A DNA stretch of 64,000 nt, taken from NCBI GenBank assembly GCA_010093815.1, contig ML996573.1; one strand, given 5' to 3'. The position numbers and the translations under genes are program-made. This DNA comes from Pseudovirgaria hyperparasitica (taxonomy: Eukaryota). The notes under the pieces were generated by a model. That model had not been told where the DNA came from. It did not search any database and worked only from the letters and a program-made list of their open reading frames with translations. The stretch's first letter is position 1, and each line of letters starts with the position of its first letter. Of the stretch, positions 38,145 to 50,568 are shown in pieces.

Positions 38145-40668
38145 ATGGAGTCCGGCTCCGGCCCAAGACCCATCGCTCCGGCTGGAGGCGACCATGCCGG
38201 CGCCTATCTTAGGCCACTCACTACCAATGCGAAGCCTGCCCTGCCTATCGACAGCAACATCTTACCACTCACCGATGACACCTTCGAGGATTTCTTCACC
38301 GAGCTTGTTGAACTCCCGAACGTCCCTGCTCAACAGTCATGGCTCTCGCCGGACCAGTTCGAGTATTACAGCGCGCAATCCTCGTTCCCGTCCTACATCA
38401 ACCCTATGCTCCCGCAACAGCAGCACCATGTCGTCCCCGTTGTATCTCCATCGTCACATACGGCTTCGTTGGCCGTAGCAAGTAATGCATTAACAACATA
38501 TACGGGCCATAACACAGCGAGAAATACCGCGACAGCACCAAGTCCACTCAGTACCCTCACAGCAGAAAGTACCACTATTGCATCAAGTCCCCTCAGTAGC
38601 TTTAATAGAGAAGTAGCGAGCATGCCAGCTCTTCATTCACGATCAGGCTCTGGTACAAATGTTCTACGCAATAAGAAGACTGCACCCACTCACAATATCA
38701 CTAATAATGGTCTACTCTCCCTCAGGAGTCATTCAACTCCATCGTTGGACACGGTGGGCCGGCTACAGTCGATTGTTCAAAGTCTACAACAGTCAGGTAA
38801 CCTGGATGAAGTAAACAGTCTCAAGCTGCAATTGCTTGAGAAGGATCTCATAATAGAGGATTTGCGCAGCAGAATAAATAAAGCCGAGGCAAGTTCCGAC
38901 ATAAAAGCCTTTCGTTCAAATTTTGACCGTGCAACACAGCAACGTACCCTGGGAGCTGAGATACCGTCAGATCATAGCTCATCGATGCATGAAACAGCGT
39001 TACCGACTGATCGGCATCTTTCAACTTCACAACTCAAGCAGCGATCCAATCCTAGTAAAGTCATCAAAGTGAGAGCTGCTTTCGATAACGCTAGCCGTCA
39101 AGAGACTGCCTTGGTGAGGAAGTTAGGTTCATGTTTACGTTGCCGAGGGAGGAAAGAGCGTGTAAGTAGCATCTGGACATGGTGCCTTATGCAGCTAATC
39201 AGGCAGTGCAAACCCGATATCTTGAATCCCAACGGTGAGTGTATCAATTGTGCACTTACTAGTCTCTCAGTTCATCAAATACCATGCATTCGTACACGAA
39301 TTCCGCAAGTCTCACTGTACCATACGGGTAAGAGAATTCCGTGCGTTGCCATTCTAAATCCTGACCGGCATCGTTTCTAGTGACGACTGAGAACGACACT
39401 TGGACTATCCGACCAGAGATCTTCGGAACTGAGCCCACGGAGTTATCCTCAGCATTACACACTGGTGTCAAAATACTAGAATTAACCCAAGACTATGGAA
39501 AACCCCTCGTAGTCCGTGTGACGGAGTTCATACCTGTAGATGGCGATCAGACTTCGTACATTTGGTCTATAGATGGGGCAGAGCTCGAGCTACCAATGCC
39601 ATGTTATGCTATTACCAACATACCGGAAACGAAGGCCGCAATGGAAACTTACATGGTACAAAACTTGGAAAGATACATCGACTCCTTCATAGATAGAAAT
39701 GACAGTGTGGTATGGGCGACGTTCCAGATTGCTATTCACCGGGCGCGATATCGCAATGTGGGTCTGCTGCTCTTCCGTTCACAGTGCCACAGCTAATTTT
39801 CTGTAGAGTATACTGCTGCAAAAGATGCTGAGGCTCTGGATTGCATCTAGGATGGTTGAGAAAGCATGGCACATCTGCGGCCGCGAAACTTTAGGCCTTA
39901 GCCATGCCGATACTGCTGGCACTCCTTACGAAGGCAAAATACCCATCCCGCCGGTCATGGACTCTCAGTTCGACCAGATCATGGTCCGTTTCATTCTGAA
40001 CCCTCTTCGCGCCCAAGTGCTCAAGATCTTGGATTCGCGTATCACTCCTGGCAAGAGATCAGAGTGGTTTGAAACTTACCTTGTTGTATCCCTTCTGTTG
40101 AACAGCATCACGCTCTCGACTGCTCACGATCACAAGTTCGCTAAACTTCATCGACATGTGGTAAGTTGTCAGATTTCATACCCTCTTCATATCATGATCC
40201 GCATCTGATAGCTAGTACCATTGCTGCATATTACTAACAAGTAAGCAGGCAGCTGGAAGGGGCAGCAGATTTGAAGACTATAACCTTATCGAATCTTATT
40301 TTCATGGTGCACAGGTGTTGATCGCGCACTTTCGAGTAATCATTAATGGACACCGCCCATTACAATCCGGCTCTCCTGATCAGATCATGATCAGCCACGA
40401 AGATCTAGATGATAAGGAGGTTCGCTACATCACGATGATACATTCACAATTAGATACTGCCAGTAAGTCGTACACGTAATGACCTGACCACATGCTTGAC
40501 ACTAAATTGAGAACCTTAGTATCAACGGCAAACTTTCTTCGCAAGCATAATAGGTACGAAAACATTATGTATTGGACACCCAATCTATTCTCTACTTCCT
40601 GGGATCCGTCACCAATCTATATTAAAGAGCTCGAGGAAGGCGAAGCGGACTTGATTGGTTCTTATTAA
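38145..40668 (+). CDS. Atypical Zn-cluster (C6-like) fungal transcription factor, multi-exon
   Basis: PRPIAPA N-terminus; RQETALVRKLGSCLRCRGRKER|CKPDILNPNGECINC..IPCIR after removing intron 39162-39206; downstream LRLWIASR..GKIPIPPVMDSQFD..WFETYL; stop TAA 40666-40668. Confidence 0.85.
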
Positions 40669-40832
40669 GAAAACCTTTGCTCACATCCGGCATTCAACGC
40701 AAGCACACGGCATCTTGTAGAAAAGTCAAGTAGGATTAAATCCATCAAGTTATCATAGCTAAGGGAGTTAGACCTCAAAAGACCGTTATCATATAGAAGG
40801 AAACTACAATAAACCTCGACCGTTTGTAGGAA

Positions 40833-42369
40833 TCAAGCACAAGAGGTTTCACTATCGGTTGCACTCGCATACGAAGGTTCCGAGTGCCACTCCTCTTCCT
40901 TGGGCTCCACCTTGTCATATACCCTGGCCCATTCAGTCTCCAAGGCTTCCGGTACCCGCCATGCATACTGCTCATCCCGAACCCATAGCCGAAGCATATG
41001 GCGCCCTGAAGACTTGCGATCTGTCTTGTCCACAAAGCCATTACGTCCATGGATTGTGGCAAAGTTGTTCTGGAGCTGAACATCTCCCTTTTGGAGCTTC
41101 ATAGAGGTCTTGAAGCGATGCGCAGTGAACTCGATGACATCGAGTGCTTCGGCCTGCGCCTCACTAATTGGCGGCAGCTCTGCGCTGCGTTTATCCCTAC
41201 CATAGCCGGTGAATAGTCGGCGTGCAAAGTTGATGATCACTCTCCCATCTTTGTGGTGCAGAATGGGCCGAATGAAATGGTTGGGTACACTTCCTGGGCT
41301 TTACGCACACTGTGTCAGTAGTACGCTCCATATTGCGGCACATCAAGTATTATACATACGTGTCAAAAGTCCAGGGCTCTGCCAACGTATGGATGATATC
41401 TGGACGAGTAGCGGCGATCTCATTATAGATGCGACCAGTACTGGCGACATGGCTCTCGCCCCCTTCAGCCGCTGTCTGGAGCACGTAGAGACACAAGATG
41501 TCTCCTAGATCCGAATGGAAGGGCTATAGACACTTGAGCATGACATAATATCACGCATGTAAAGCCTAGCTACTTACTTGGGCCTCGTTGGTATGCGATG
41601 CAAGTGGAAATTCAGCAACTTCGGTCCCAGTATCTTTGATATGAACTGTAATGGTCAGTGTTGACTACACGTGTACCGGGAGCTTGTGATCACTGACCAA
41701 GAGCTTCCTTCGAGCTCTGGATCTGGATACCGCGGCGGTCTCCGATATGCGAAGTCAGTCCGGCGTACATGATCATGTTGTCAGCCTCGGAGTATTTATC
41801 TGGATCGAGGCCGCGAAGCACAATCAGGCCAGTGTCAGTGTGTAGTCGCTTGGAGCAGCCACGCAAGACTTGTCTGGTCCGCGCAGCCAACGGAAACGTG
41901 TCGACACAAACGTATTTGGGTATCGGCTCGGGTGCAACATGGGCATCAGCACAGTGTACTCTATACAAGAGACCTGAGGCTTACCGGTACGTTTGAACCT
42001 TTGTGTCGCAGCTTCGAGGTCAGCTATGTTCTCTGCCTGTAGCTTCGTCACCCAGTGTGACTCTCCAGGCCCGCCATTCTCCATGGCTATGTCGTTGCCA
42101 TCCCAGACCCATGGGCCTTCGACACGAGCAGGCCAGCCTCGTGGCAGTTCCTGCTCTAGGTTTTCCGTAGCTTGACGCCTTTTGCTACGTTCCGCGTATA
42201 CCTGTGGGTCTGGATGCCACTCAATTGGCGGTTGAGATTCAGGGAAACGACCTCTCATATTCGGATAGTAGGCATAAAAGTCAGAGAGTGACTTCAACTT
42301 TCTATCCGAAGGGATCCTGGAATATGTGTACGCGCCATTGATGGCTGGAAGGCTGATTCTCATGGCCAT
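40833..42369 (-). CDS. TauD/TfdA (clavaminate-synthase-like) Fe(II)/2-oxoglutarate dioxygenase, 5 exons
   Basis: GWPARVEGPWVWDG, GLIVLRGLDP, PFHSD (HxD), AAEGGES, NNFATIHGRNGF (distal His), RHMLRLW. The junction of intron 1 is ambiguous. Confidence 0.9.
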
Positions 42370-42564
42370 GGTCTTTGTCGTGATTTGAGTCGTTGTATCA
42401 AGACGGCCTTGCTTTGTGTTGGTGTTACTCCCGCTTTCTTATAACTATGGTTGCCGGTAGCAGAGCCTCATCACTCATGTCGTTATCAGCTTTCATGCAT
42501 ACCCCGCACATCACAAACCACTCTCCATGCTTTATATTCCACGGATATCCTATCGGCCTAGTAA

Positions 42565-42655
42565 TGACCGCGGTCTGACCGCGCAAGAGTACAGTTTATA
42601 GGTGGGCTCGCTGTCGAGATGTATGTTGCCACCTGATCCTGGCATGCTCACCGAT
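42565..42655. promoter_or_regulatory. Candidate regulatory motifs upstream of the TauD gene
   Basis: Palindrome GACCGCGGTC (42566-42575), direct repeat TGACCGCG x2, and ATGCTCACCGAT (42644-42655), which is shared with the amidase promoter. Confidence 0.5.
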
Positions 42656-45600
42656 CAGTTCGTCCATTCAAGTGTTTGCTCTCGATACAGCGACTGTGGT
42701 AGACATATCATGATATCGCTGAGCCTATGACCTGGAAAGCTCTCTGTTTCTCGGCCACAAAGCCATATCCGTTGCGTATTCGGCGTTTATCTTCCCACTC
42801 CTCGATGTCTCTTCACCAGCAAGTCAGAGCGATCAGTCGCATGTGATAACCGCAACAACGAAGTCTCACGAATTCGATGCTGCGCCTACCCTGTCTGCCG
42901 CAATCACTCTGGTCATCTGCCACGACTGAGATAGGTGTGGGCGCACCTCTTGCTTCTCTCCCTTGAGCCGAACAGGGAGACAAGACCGCTCGTTCGCGTG
43001 AACCTCGAGGGTAACCTATGGATGTGTTATCCCGAGCTGCTCTACGGGTCGTCACGAACGGACATGTGTTGGTATCAAGCTACTTCATAGGTCGTTCGTA
43101 ATCGGGTATGTGTCGGAGATGCATCCGGTAGACTCTCTCTCAAATTCCAGCTCATGTTTCCCACAGGCCACTAGCCTGGAGCAGAGCAAGATGCCAAGGA
43201 AGCAGGATGAGTGCAGGGGTAAGTACTACTGGAGTAAACAAGTCTGCTGTACAAGATTTTCCTCGCTATTGATGAGAGTGATAGCTGTGGGTAAGAGAGT
43301 GGGAGAGATTCAAATGGAATACATAGTAAGTCTACCTAAAATCTATACTTACGATTTGATTTCATCTTAAGATCTCGAACATCTAAATCATATATCAACT
43401 TGGGTATGTACTATAATCCATATCATATGTAGACGAAAAGGATTGAAAAGAATAAGTAATTACTTGCGATGATTAACTCTTTAGACTTCTATTTGGAATC
43501 AGAACGAAATTATTCAGCGGTAGGGAATAATTTCATAGGACCAGAAGAGACTCTTAGTCATAGCAGACGCTCTACCATACAAGGCAAAAGCCATCTATCG
43601 CGCATCAAGCGCTAAAACCAATAAGTAATCTGCAACCGAGTGATATCAGAAATCACTCTTATGGCCATAGACCCTCGACTATCAGCTAGTCACAGACATC
43701 AAAGCCATGAGAGGTATCATTCCGGGACATATATGCATGACAACACCCAAGAAACTGGGTTATCAAAGCTGCTGGGGCGAGCTAATTGAACGACATGGGT
43801 TGTTGGTTGGTGGTAGTCATGTGGCATAAATACTAACTTCTTACTGCTCAAGCTAAACGGAGTAGTGCTCCGAGGTACTAAGCTTACTTTGTGGGATTTT
43901 TGGACGGATCATTGGGTGTCTTTTCTATGTCGCATCCTGGAGGGGCTTCAGGTTAGAAGAATATTTATGACTGGCTGAAATCGGACTAGGCTGGTTCTTG
44001 CGGGAAGTTGGCTATTGAATGAGATTTACTAGGTGTTCTTCATGGCCGTAAATCTCAATATGTGGATTATCAGACAAAGTTTACGAGGAAACATACCGTG
44101 GCTATATCTTGGATGTACCAGCGTAGTTGGAGAGTTATATTACAACACCTTTACTGGAACTAAAGATCGACTGGGAGTGCGAAGCCTGGAGCAGCCACTA
44201 CTCTTTCAACCGATGAATGGCAACTGGGCAGTGGTTAATTATGAGAAGCAGGGTGTTCGAAAACTCATACAGCCACTTTCGAGTTCTGTTGATCTAATCT
44301 GGCTCCAATAGGCTTGACTCAAAGATATGATGTGGCTATGAACATTGTAAGTGGTGTAGATACTAAAACACCAGCCATCAACAAGTTCATGTGGTAGACC
44401 TAGCCAAGCTACGCAAGACTATATTCTGGCTAGCATTCAATCCGCAGGGTCGCATGTAAGAATTAACTGTTGCACAGCTAACCAACGCAGCTCCTCGTAT
44501 AGATGACCATAAACGATAGCCCTAACACACAGTGCATGTAATGCCGATCTTGTAGAGAGATGAGTTCATGCTTACGAACCACATAACTGGAGTCATAGAA
44601 CGATCTGCCGGACTAGTAATCCCATGGAAGCGCATAGAGATAGCATGGTATCGCGAAGTGCGGCTCTGTATAAGTAGTGTTCAAGGAGAACTAGCCAAAG
44701 TTCGCTGAACGAAGCCAGGGTAGAAGCAGGTGCAGATCCCTGAGACACAATACTGATAGTCTAGCAGATTCAACAGTTGTGCTATCTCGGCGAGACTTCC
44801 AAGGTGCGGCGCATCGTTATTGACGCTGATTTTGTCCTTTGTCTTCTGCCTTGCTGGGCAGCTCTTGTCCCGTGATCGAAATTCTCATATCTTGTCTACC
44901 TTCGCATCCACTCATCTCCTTTCAATGGTTGGGCCGAAATATTTGAGTTGTATTACGAGTCCATCGTGACGTCTACATTAGTATTGCCAGCGCAAGACCA
45001 TGTCATACCACTCCTGTCTCTTTACCAGGCCAATCTTGTCCTGACCTCCGTCGAGATGAGAAGCTTGTAAGTGGCTGAAGTCCCCAGCGCTGTGTCATAT
45101 GCTCCTACTCGTCCTGGTGGCTTTTTCTAGGCCAGCTCTCGAGGTCGTTCTTGCGTGCTTGAGCTCGATGGGTATATGTTCCGCGGGGGTAGTCTCCTGT
45201 GCATGCTCTCCTCAAAGGGTGTGCTCTCCAAGGCATACGCACTAGGTAGGTTTATTCTTTGTGATCTTGGGCTGAGGAGGAGTCGTGGCCGAACTAGAAG
45301 ATAGGACAATGTTAGCATATGTGGAATTGAGGGTGCGTTCTACTCAGTGACAGTAAACGATCTCCACCATCTTATCCTCAGCTTAGATGTGACCGTTGAA
45401 ACCGTATTTTTGTGCGCTACAGTGTTGACTCTGTCTCCGGTCACCATTCGGGTAAACATGGGAACGCCGGATTTAGATGATCTTTTTCTGTCCGCAAAAT
45501 TTCGTCATGCTCAGGGTGTATGTCCTGTACTGGTCCTGTACTAGGACAGCTTATAGGGGTCCTGACTTCTGTGAACTGATCATCCGCCTCTTGAAGTGTA

Positions 45601-47236
45601 TGTAATATGATAGCGTCCAGGAGTTCTGATTTCTACGACGTGAATAATCCGCACTTTGAAGTTTGTCAAAGTATAAGACCAAGTGCGAGTGGTTTCGCTT
45701 GTCAAGGTCAGTTTGATATACGCGCGAAGCCTACAAACAGGCACAGTAGGCAGAAGCTCTTCATATCTTTGTGTCATGGCCTAGTCTTCTTGTTTTATTC
45801 CTAGTTCATACTCTTGTGTGTACGAGCAGTGACGACGCATCGTGTCCACTGGTTCGAAAGTCCCTAATCTATCTTTAGAGCTCACACGTTCTCGAAAGTT
45901 TCTGTCTCTTGCAGGCATCCAATTCGCCGTTAGAACTATCACAATGCTTGACTACTAGCCTCGATGTTTTCGTGCAGGTCAGTCATGTTCTGCTTCACTT
46001 ACATCGGTTTCCAGTGAAACCAAGAATCGCCGACACGATTTAGAATCGATCTCAGAGGTGCAGGTATCCAGAAAAGAAAAAGAGAATCATCAAAAGAGAT
46101 CGAAGCAGCTGGCCTGCGTGATCTCTAGCTTGCATTACGCGTTATGTTGCATGTAGCTGATTTTCAACCTCCAAAACATGACACCATCCCTGCACCAACG
46201 CGAAACAAAATAACACAAACGCCACACTAGATTTCGGCAGCCACATACATACACTTTCACCCAACTTGTCTTGCACACAAGTCTAGCCTTCTAAAATATC
46301 TCGCCATCTCGAACAATTTACGATCATATTCCAATGCAGCCTCTAACATTTCGCAAATCCTCCTCCCCTTAACACCGCTGCTATGTATCCGAGCTACGTA
46401 CTCTCCCATATCCAAAGTATGATATACTAATTAGGCGTTCGCCACACCGTAACGCAGATAGTAGATTCCTCTGTATTTAGGTCATGCCTCTTCCGCACAC
46501 ACGTACCTGTACCCTTACGCTTCTGTTCGAATACCTCTTATCGCCGATCCCTATTCCTTCCTCTCGATTCCACGATATAACACTCTAGCGCTATAATTAT
46601 ACATCCCTGGCTCCTACCGTTCAAGGTTCTCTACTAGCCCCGAACCTCGGAGACCTACCCTTAGACCGTGTGCTATCGCACTCTCTCCGTCACGACATCG
46701 CCGGTCCGTCACCGAGAAGGTACCATAGGACTGTTCCACTGCGGCCGGGACTATACGCCCAGTTGCGGAGCGATTAGATGAATGGACGGGTCATGAAGTG
46801 CTTCCAGAGGAGAGTATACATAGACAAGATGAAGGCTGCCTGTGCTGCCTGGAGGCTTAAGTTTGGAAGTGCGAGTAAGAGCGGGCAGATCTTTTAAGGA
46901 ATTGTCCACGTATCGATCTCTCGTAGCAAGCAAGTTTAGATCTCACGTCCTATCCATGAAAAAGCTACACGATAGTTTTACAAGGAAAATATTATTTTAT
47001 GTGTTCACTTAGCAAAGAGTGGGAATCATTGAATCATATAACATATCTCAGCTTAATAGCTATAGGATTAGACCTCCTTGGTCTATGTGAATTTAAAGCC
47101 TATCCTCCCACGATTTCCATAATAGTCCATACCTTCTTTGCATTCCTTATTGCCCTTAATTCTCTCCAAGATGCCTAGATCGTCAGTCGCTTGACAAGAT
47201 CTACGACCAATTGTAGAGATACGCTTCCAATGCGTC

Positions 47237-48655
47237 CTAATATTTGGCGTGCTTGTGTCGTTCGTGTGAAGACCGTGAGTCCTCGTTCGAACTGACTGAG
47301 CGATTGCGCTTTTCTCTGCGCTCATGTGCGTGTGCGTTTGGGTTGTCTCCAGTAGTTACCGTTGTCTGCAACTCAGTGCCGTCCTCTGCCGCCCTCAGCG
47401 ACTCGCTGCTGTCCACGGCCGTGGGACGTGTACCATGCTCAGCATCTCTCTTTTTGCGTGCCTCTCTAGCATCGTCCGCCTGCTTCAGCAGCGCAAGCAT
47501 CAGGTGCGGTGCCATCTTCGGCGCCAATTTGGTCTCCGTTGCAGGTGTACCTCCCGTTGTAGCCGGTCTGGCAGGCACACTCCTGCTCGCCCCTATCAGC
47601 CTGTCTAATTTACACTCCAGTTGAGACCAAAGGCACCACGTACATGGGTACCCTCCTTGGCACTCTTTTCCACGGTTCCGTGCATTGCACTCGTCGCACG
47701 CCACGCTATTCCTACTTTCGATGGCATTGGTAGGGACTACCGCGTACTTCCACAAGTCCCTTTCACCCGGCAGCTTGATTGTCCACTTCCCGACTAGGCT
47801 GTCGCGGATCACGGGAAGCTCGCAGGCGAAACTGATGAAGCAGCGCTGGTGTCTTCTGGCGCTCGTGCTGGCCGAGTTTCCACACGCATCACAAGGACCG
47901 TCTATGGGATGACCACTGGAGAAAGAACAATTCTTGCCTGTGACCTTGCAATTCTCGCATTTCCAGGGGGTGTCTTCTTTGCGAGTTTGGGGCTGGGCCA
48001 CGCGATGTAGACTGGCCGGAGTGAGATTTGACGGCGTGTCAATGGCTTGGATACTGGCAGGATCGACTTGGAGGTGTACCCGGGCATCGAACATCCAAAC
48101 TTTGTCCAGGGGGTGCATGTACCATGGGAGTTTTCTCCTGTCTACCGGAATGTCACCCCTTTCTGGCCTGAACCAATTCAGCCTTAATGTACACTGCTCA
48201 CCGCGAAGTGCGCAACAGTCGCAAGGCTTCAGTGTTTCCATATTGCATGTTCGGGCCTCTTCCGAGTCGGCTCCAAGGGAGTAACAACCAACGCATGCCT
48301 TGCACAGGAACGTGAGGTACTGCAGTTGAATACATTTCAACTCGTCGGAGCAGAAGCGGCAGACGTTCGATTCTAGTCTTGCACCATTGCCGATGGCGCT
48401 CGACTCTGATGAGCAGTCGATCCGTCTGCCCAAGCATGGTAGACAAATGCGGGGACTGACTTCTTGAGGATTGATGAACTGCTCGTTGCGGGAGTCGGAC
48501 AGTGCAGCAGTTTGATTCAGCTGGTTGTCTGGACCTGTGGGTGTAGGGTAAAGGTTCGACGTCTGGCTATTGGAGCTTATGACTTGATCGTCTCCGAGTG
48601 CTCTATGTTCTTCATTTAGAGGCATGATTGGCTTAGAATCGGAACTCATTGGCAT
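47237..48655 (-). CDS. Cys-rich protein with four degenerate Zn2Cys6-like clusters
   Basis: 472-aa intronless ORF with four CxxC..C..CxxC..C arrays, e.g. CDECNARNRGKECQGGYPCTWCLWSQLEC; basic C-terminus. Confidence 0.75.
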   Translation of the reverse strand: MPMSSDSKPIMPLNEEHRALGDDQVISSNSQTSNLYPTPTGPDNQLNQTAALSDSRNEQFINPQEVSPRICLPCLGRRIDCSSESSAIGNGARLESNVCRFCSDELKCIQLQYLTFLCKACVGCYSLGADSEEARTCNMETLKPCDCCALRGEQCTLRLNWFRPERGDIPVDRRKLPWYMHPLDKVWMFDARVHLQVDPASIQAIDTPSNLTPASLHRVAQPQTRKEDTPWKCENCKVTGKNCSFSSGHPIDGPCDACGNSASTSARRHQRCFISFACELPVIRDSLVGKWTIKLPGERDLWKYAVVPTNAIESRNSVACDECNARNRGKECQGGYPCTWCLWSQLECKLDRLIGASRSVPARPATTGGTPATETKLAPKMAPHLMLALLKQADDAREARKKRDAEHGTRPTAVDSSESLRAAEDGTELQTTVTTGDNPNAHAHERREKRNRSVSSNEDSRSSHERHKHAKY

Positions 48656-49323
48656 TTGTATTCGTGATGAACTTGTACTTCTTGGTTATGGTGGTAGGAG
48701 GATGGGAGAAGCACAGGGAGAAAGATCTCGGACATAGAAGGAGATGCAATGGTATTTCTGTGGTGGACAATACGACAGATGACTAAGTATCCCTACCTAA
48801 CGAGAAACAATATACATGGCATGGTTACGAATAGTGAATCACCTATGCCTAGATCTGAAGATAAACAGTAACAATGCAGTGACAGACCAGGATATTCAAG
48901 CCCCATACTCGGGAAACACAAGTCAGGTACAATTCAAAGCTCTTGCTAGGGTACTGAAGTCATCGACTGCCATAGTTTTTGGGAGGTTGACTTATGTAGT
49001 GAAAATGACGGTTCTACCTGTAGCTGTGCAGCTGAAGCACGCCAACGTGAAAACAAAGGGGCTGTGGTACACTTATCTACCATACATAGATAGTACATCG
49101 ATACCAGCCGGAGGGGAGGAGTTTCAAAGCACAGACAGTAAATAGTGACTTGCGATTCTTGATACCATTGTGTCAGAATACAGCTATATTGAGGCTAGCC
49201 TATATGGACCTAATTTCTAATCCAAATTCCGCCACAGCCATGGTGAAATGTCGTCGGGCCGGTACAAACAGCTCGTCCGCCCAGATAGATTGTTCAACAC
49301 GACCACCACTTTCCGTCATGGTT

Positions 49324-50568
49324 CTATTCGTCGAAAATGACCGTGGTGGGTGCCATGACGTCAGTCCAAGCCGCCGGATCGCCGAGAATACCGGTGTTGA
49401 CATCCCTTTTCAGCAGCACCACGGTGTTGTTGTTGCTCAGTCCAACTGCAGCCAGATCACCGGCCTTGTTTATGCTGAAATGCCTGGGATTTACGCCACC
49501 AGCTGATGTGAGGGTCAAAAATTTCAGATGACCCTCGTCTGTGATCTCGAACACGGCAATGCTATCACTTAGCATTGTCGCCTCACCCTTAGGGTCTGAA
49601 CCAAGCGGGGGGATCCTGAGACTCATGTCAAGACGATTGGCGGCGTACAGAAACTTGCCATAGATCTGCACCTCAGAGGCTAAAGCGCCTGCTGGAGGAG
49701 CATTGCCGCCAAACGTGTTGGTGTCGAAGACTTGCTCAAACCAGATCGGTTGGCCCTCGGTGGGATATGTGACCTTGTATACGACGAGGGTGTTGTCGAG
49801 TTCATGAGTAAGGATGTAGTAAAGAGGGTTCGCCTTGTCGTAATTGTCGGTGCCTTTTGGAGAGTAAAAGATGCCATGGCGCGGCCCCGAGCCAGGGGTC
49901 GCGGCGATTTGACCGACCTGGGTGATGTTGTTGTTGCTTTTATCAATAGACAAGAAGCGAATCATATCAGAGCCAAGATCTGGGGTCAGTATGAAGCCCC
50001 CGGTAGGATCAAGGAGGACTTGATGTGGATGAGGAGTTGCTTGGCGCGCAGGGTTTGCGTTGGAGCCCTTCTCCTTGGAGAGGTCGATGTAGTGGAGGAT
50101 CTCGAGCTTGTCGCCAGTGAGAGGGGCACTCAAGGTTGTCAGACCAGGTCCGCCAGTTGAGTCGTTTGCATAGTTTGCGAGCGCAATGCCACGATTACCG
50201 TCGTTGTTGAAGAGAGTGCTGGAGACGGGAGCATAGACGACGTCGGCGCTTGCGAGCTTGGTGAGAGAGCCGTCCTCCTCTTGTTTGAAGGAATAAAGCC
50301 CACCATTGGTCTCCTCGCTGCAGAATAGAACCTTGTTGGCTTTATCAAGCTCGAGCCACACAGCAGCAGGATTACACTCGGTGCCGTTCTTGGTTAGACT
50401 GAGCTTGCCATCATTGCTGGTGTACTCCAAAGTCTTGATCCCGCCGGAGTACGAGGCCACATATAGGCGTGCGTTATTATCCTCACACGCTGCTCGGGGC
50501 TGGTCATCGGCGGAGATGGGGGAAGCGGCAGCTGCCAGAGCTAGGCCGAAGAATGAAAGGCGCATCAT
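49324..50568 (-). CDS. Secreted lactonase-family 7-bladed beta-propeller (6-phosphogluconolactonase / carboxymuconate cyclase-like)
   Basis: Signal peptide; RQATPHPHQVLLDPTGGFILTPDLGSD, PGSGPRHG, FLYAANR and GGVNPRHFSINKAGD. Confidence 0.92.
   Translation of the reverse strand: MMRLSFFGLALAAAASPISADDQPRAACEDNNARLYVASYSGGIKTLEYTSNDGKLSLTKNGTECNPAAVWLELDKANKVLFCSEETNGGLYSFKQEEDGSLTKLASADVVYAPVSSTLFNNDGNRGIALANYANDSTGGPGLTTLSAPLTGDKLEILHYIDLSKEKGSNANPARQATPHPHQVLLDPTGGFILTPDLGSDMIRFLSIDKSNNNITQVGQIAATPGSGPRHGIFYSPKGTDNYDKANPLYYILTHELDNTLVVYKVTYPTEGQPIWFEQVFDTNTFGGNAPPAGALASEVQIYGKFLYAANRLDMSLRIPPLGSDPKGEATMLSDSIAVFEITDEGHLKFLTLTSAGGVNPRHFSINKAGDLAAVGLSNNNTVVLLKRDVNTGILGDPAAWTDVMAPTTVIFDE

Noticed and set aside
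13292..39206. Several stop-free introns of 3n length (13292-13345, 31920-31967, one in the amidase, 39162-39206)
   Set aside because: About four among roughly thirty short introns is near chance expectation; no evidence of regulated retention.
43080..43105. TACTTCATAGG resembling the U3 snoRNA 5' box
   Set aside because: The downstream sequence does not continue as the U3 box A and no other U3 boxes were seen.
44400..46750. Stop-interrupted coding-like stretches on the minus strand (possible pseudogene or RIP relics)
   Set aside because: Not assignable to any family by eye; needs BLASTX.
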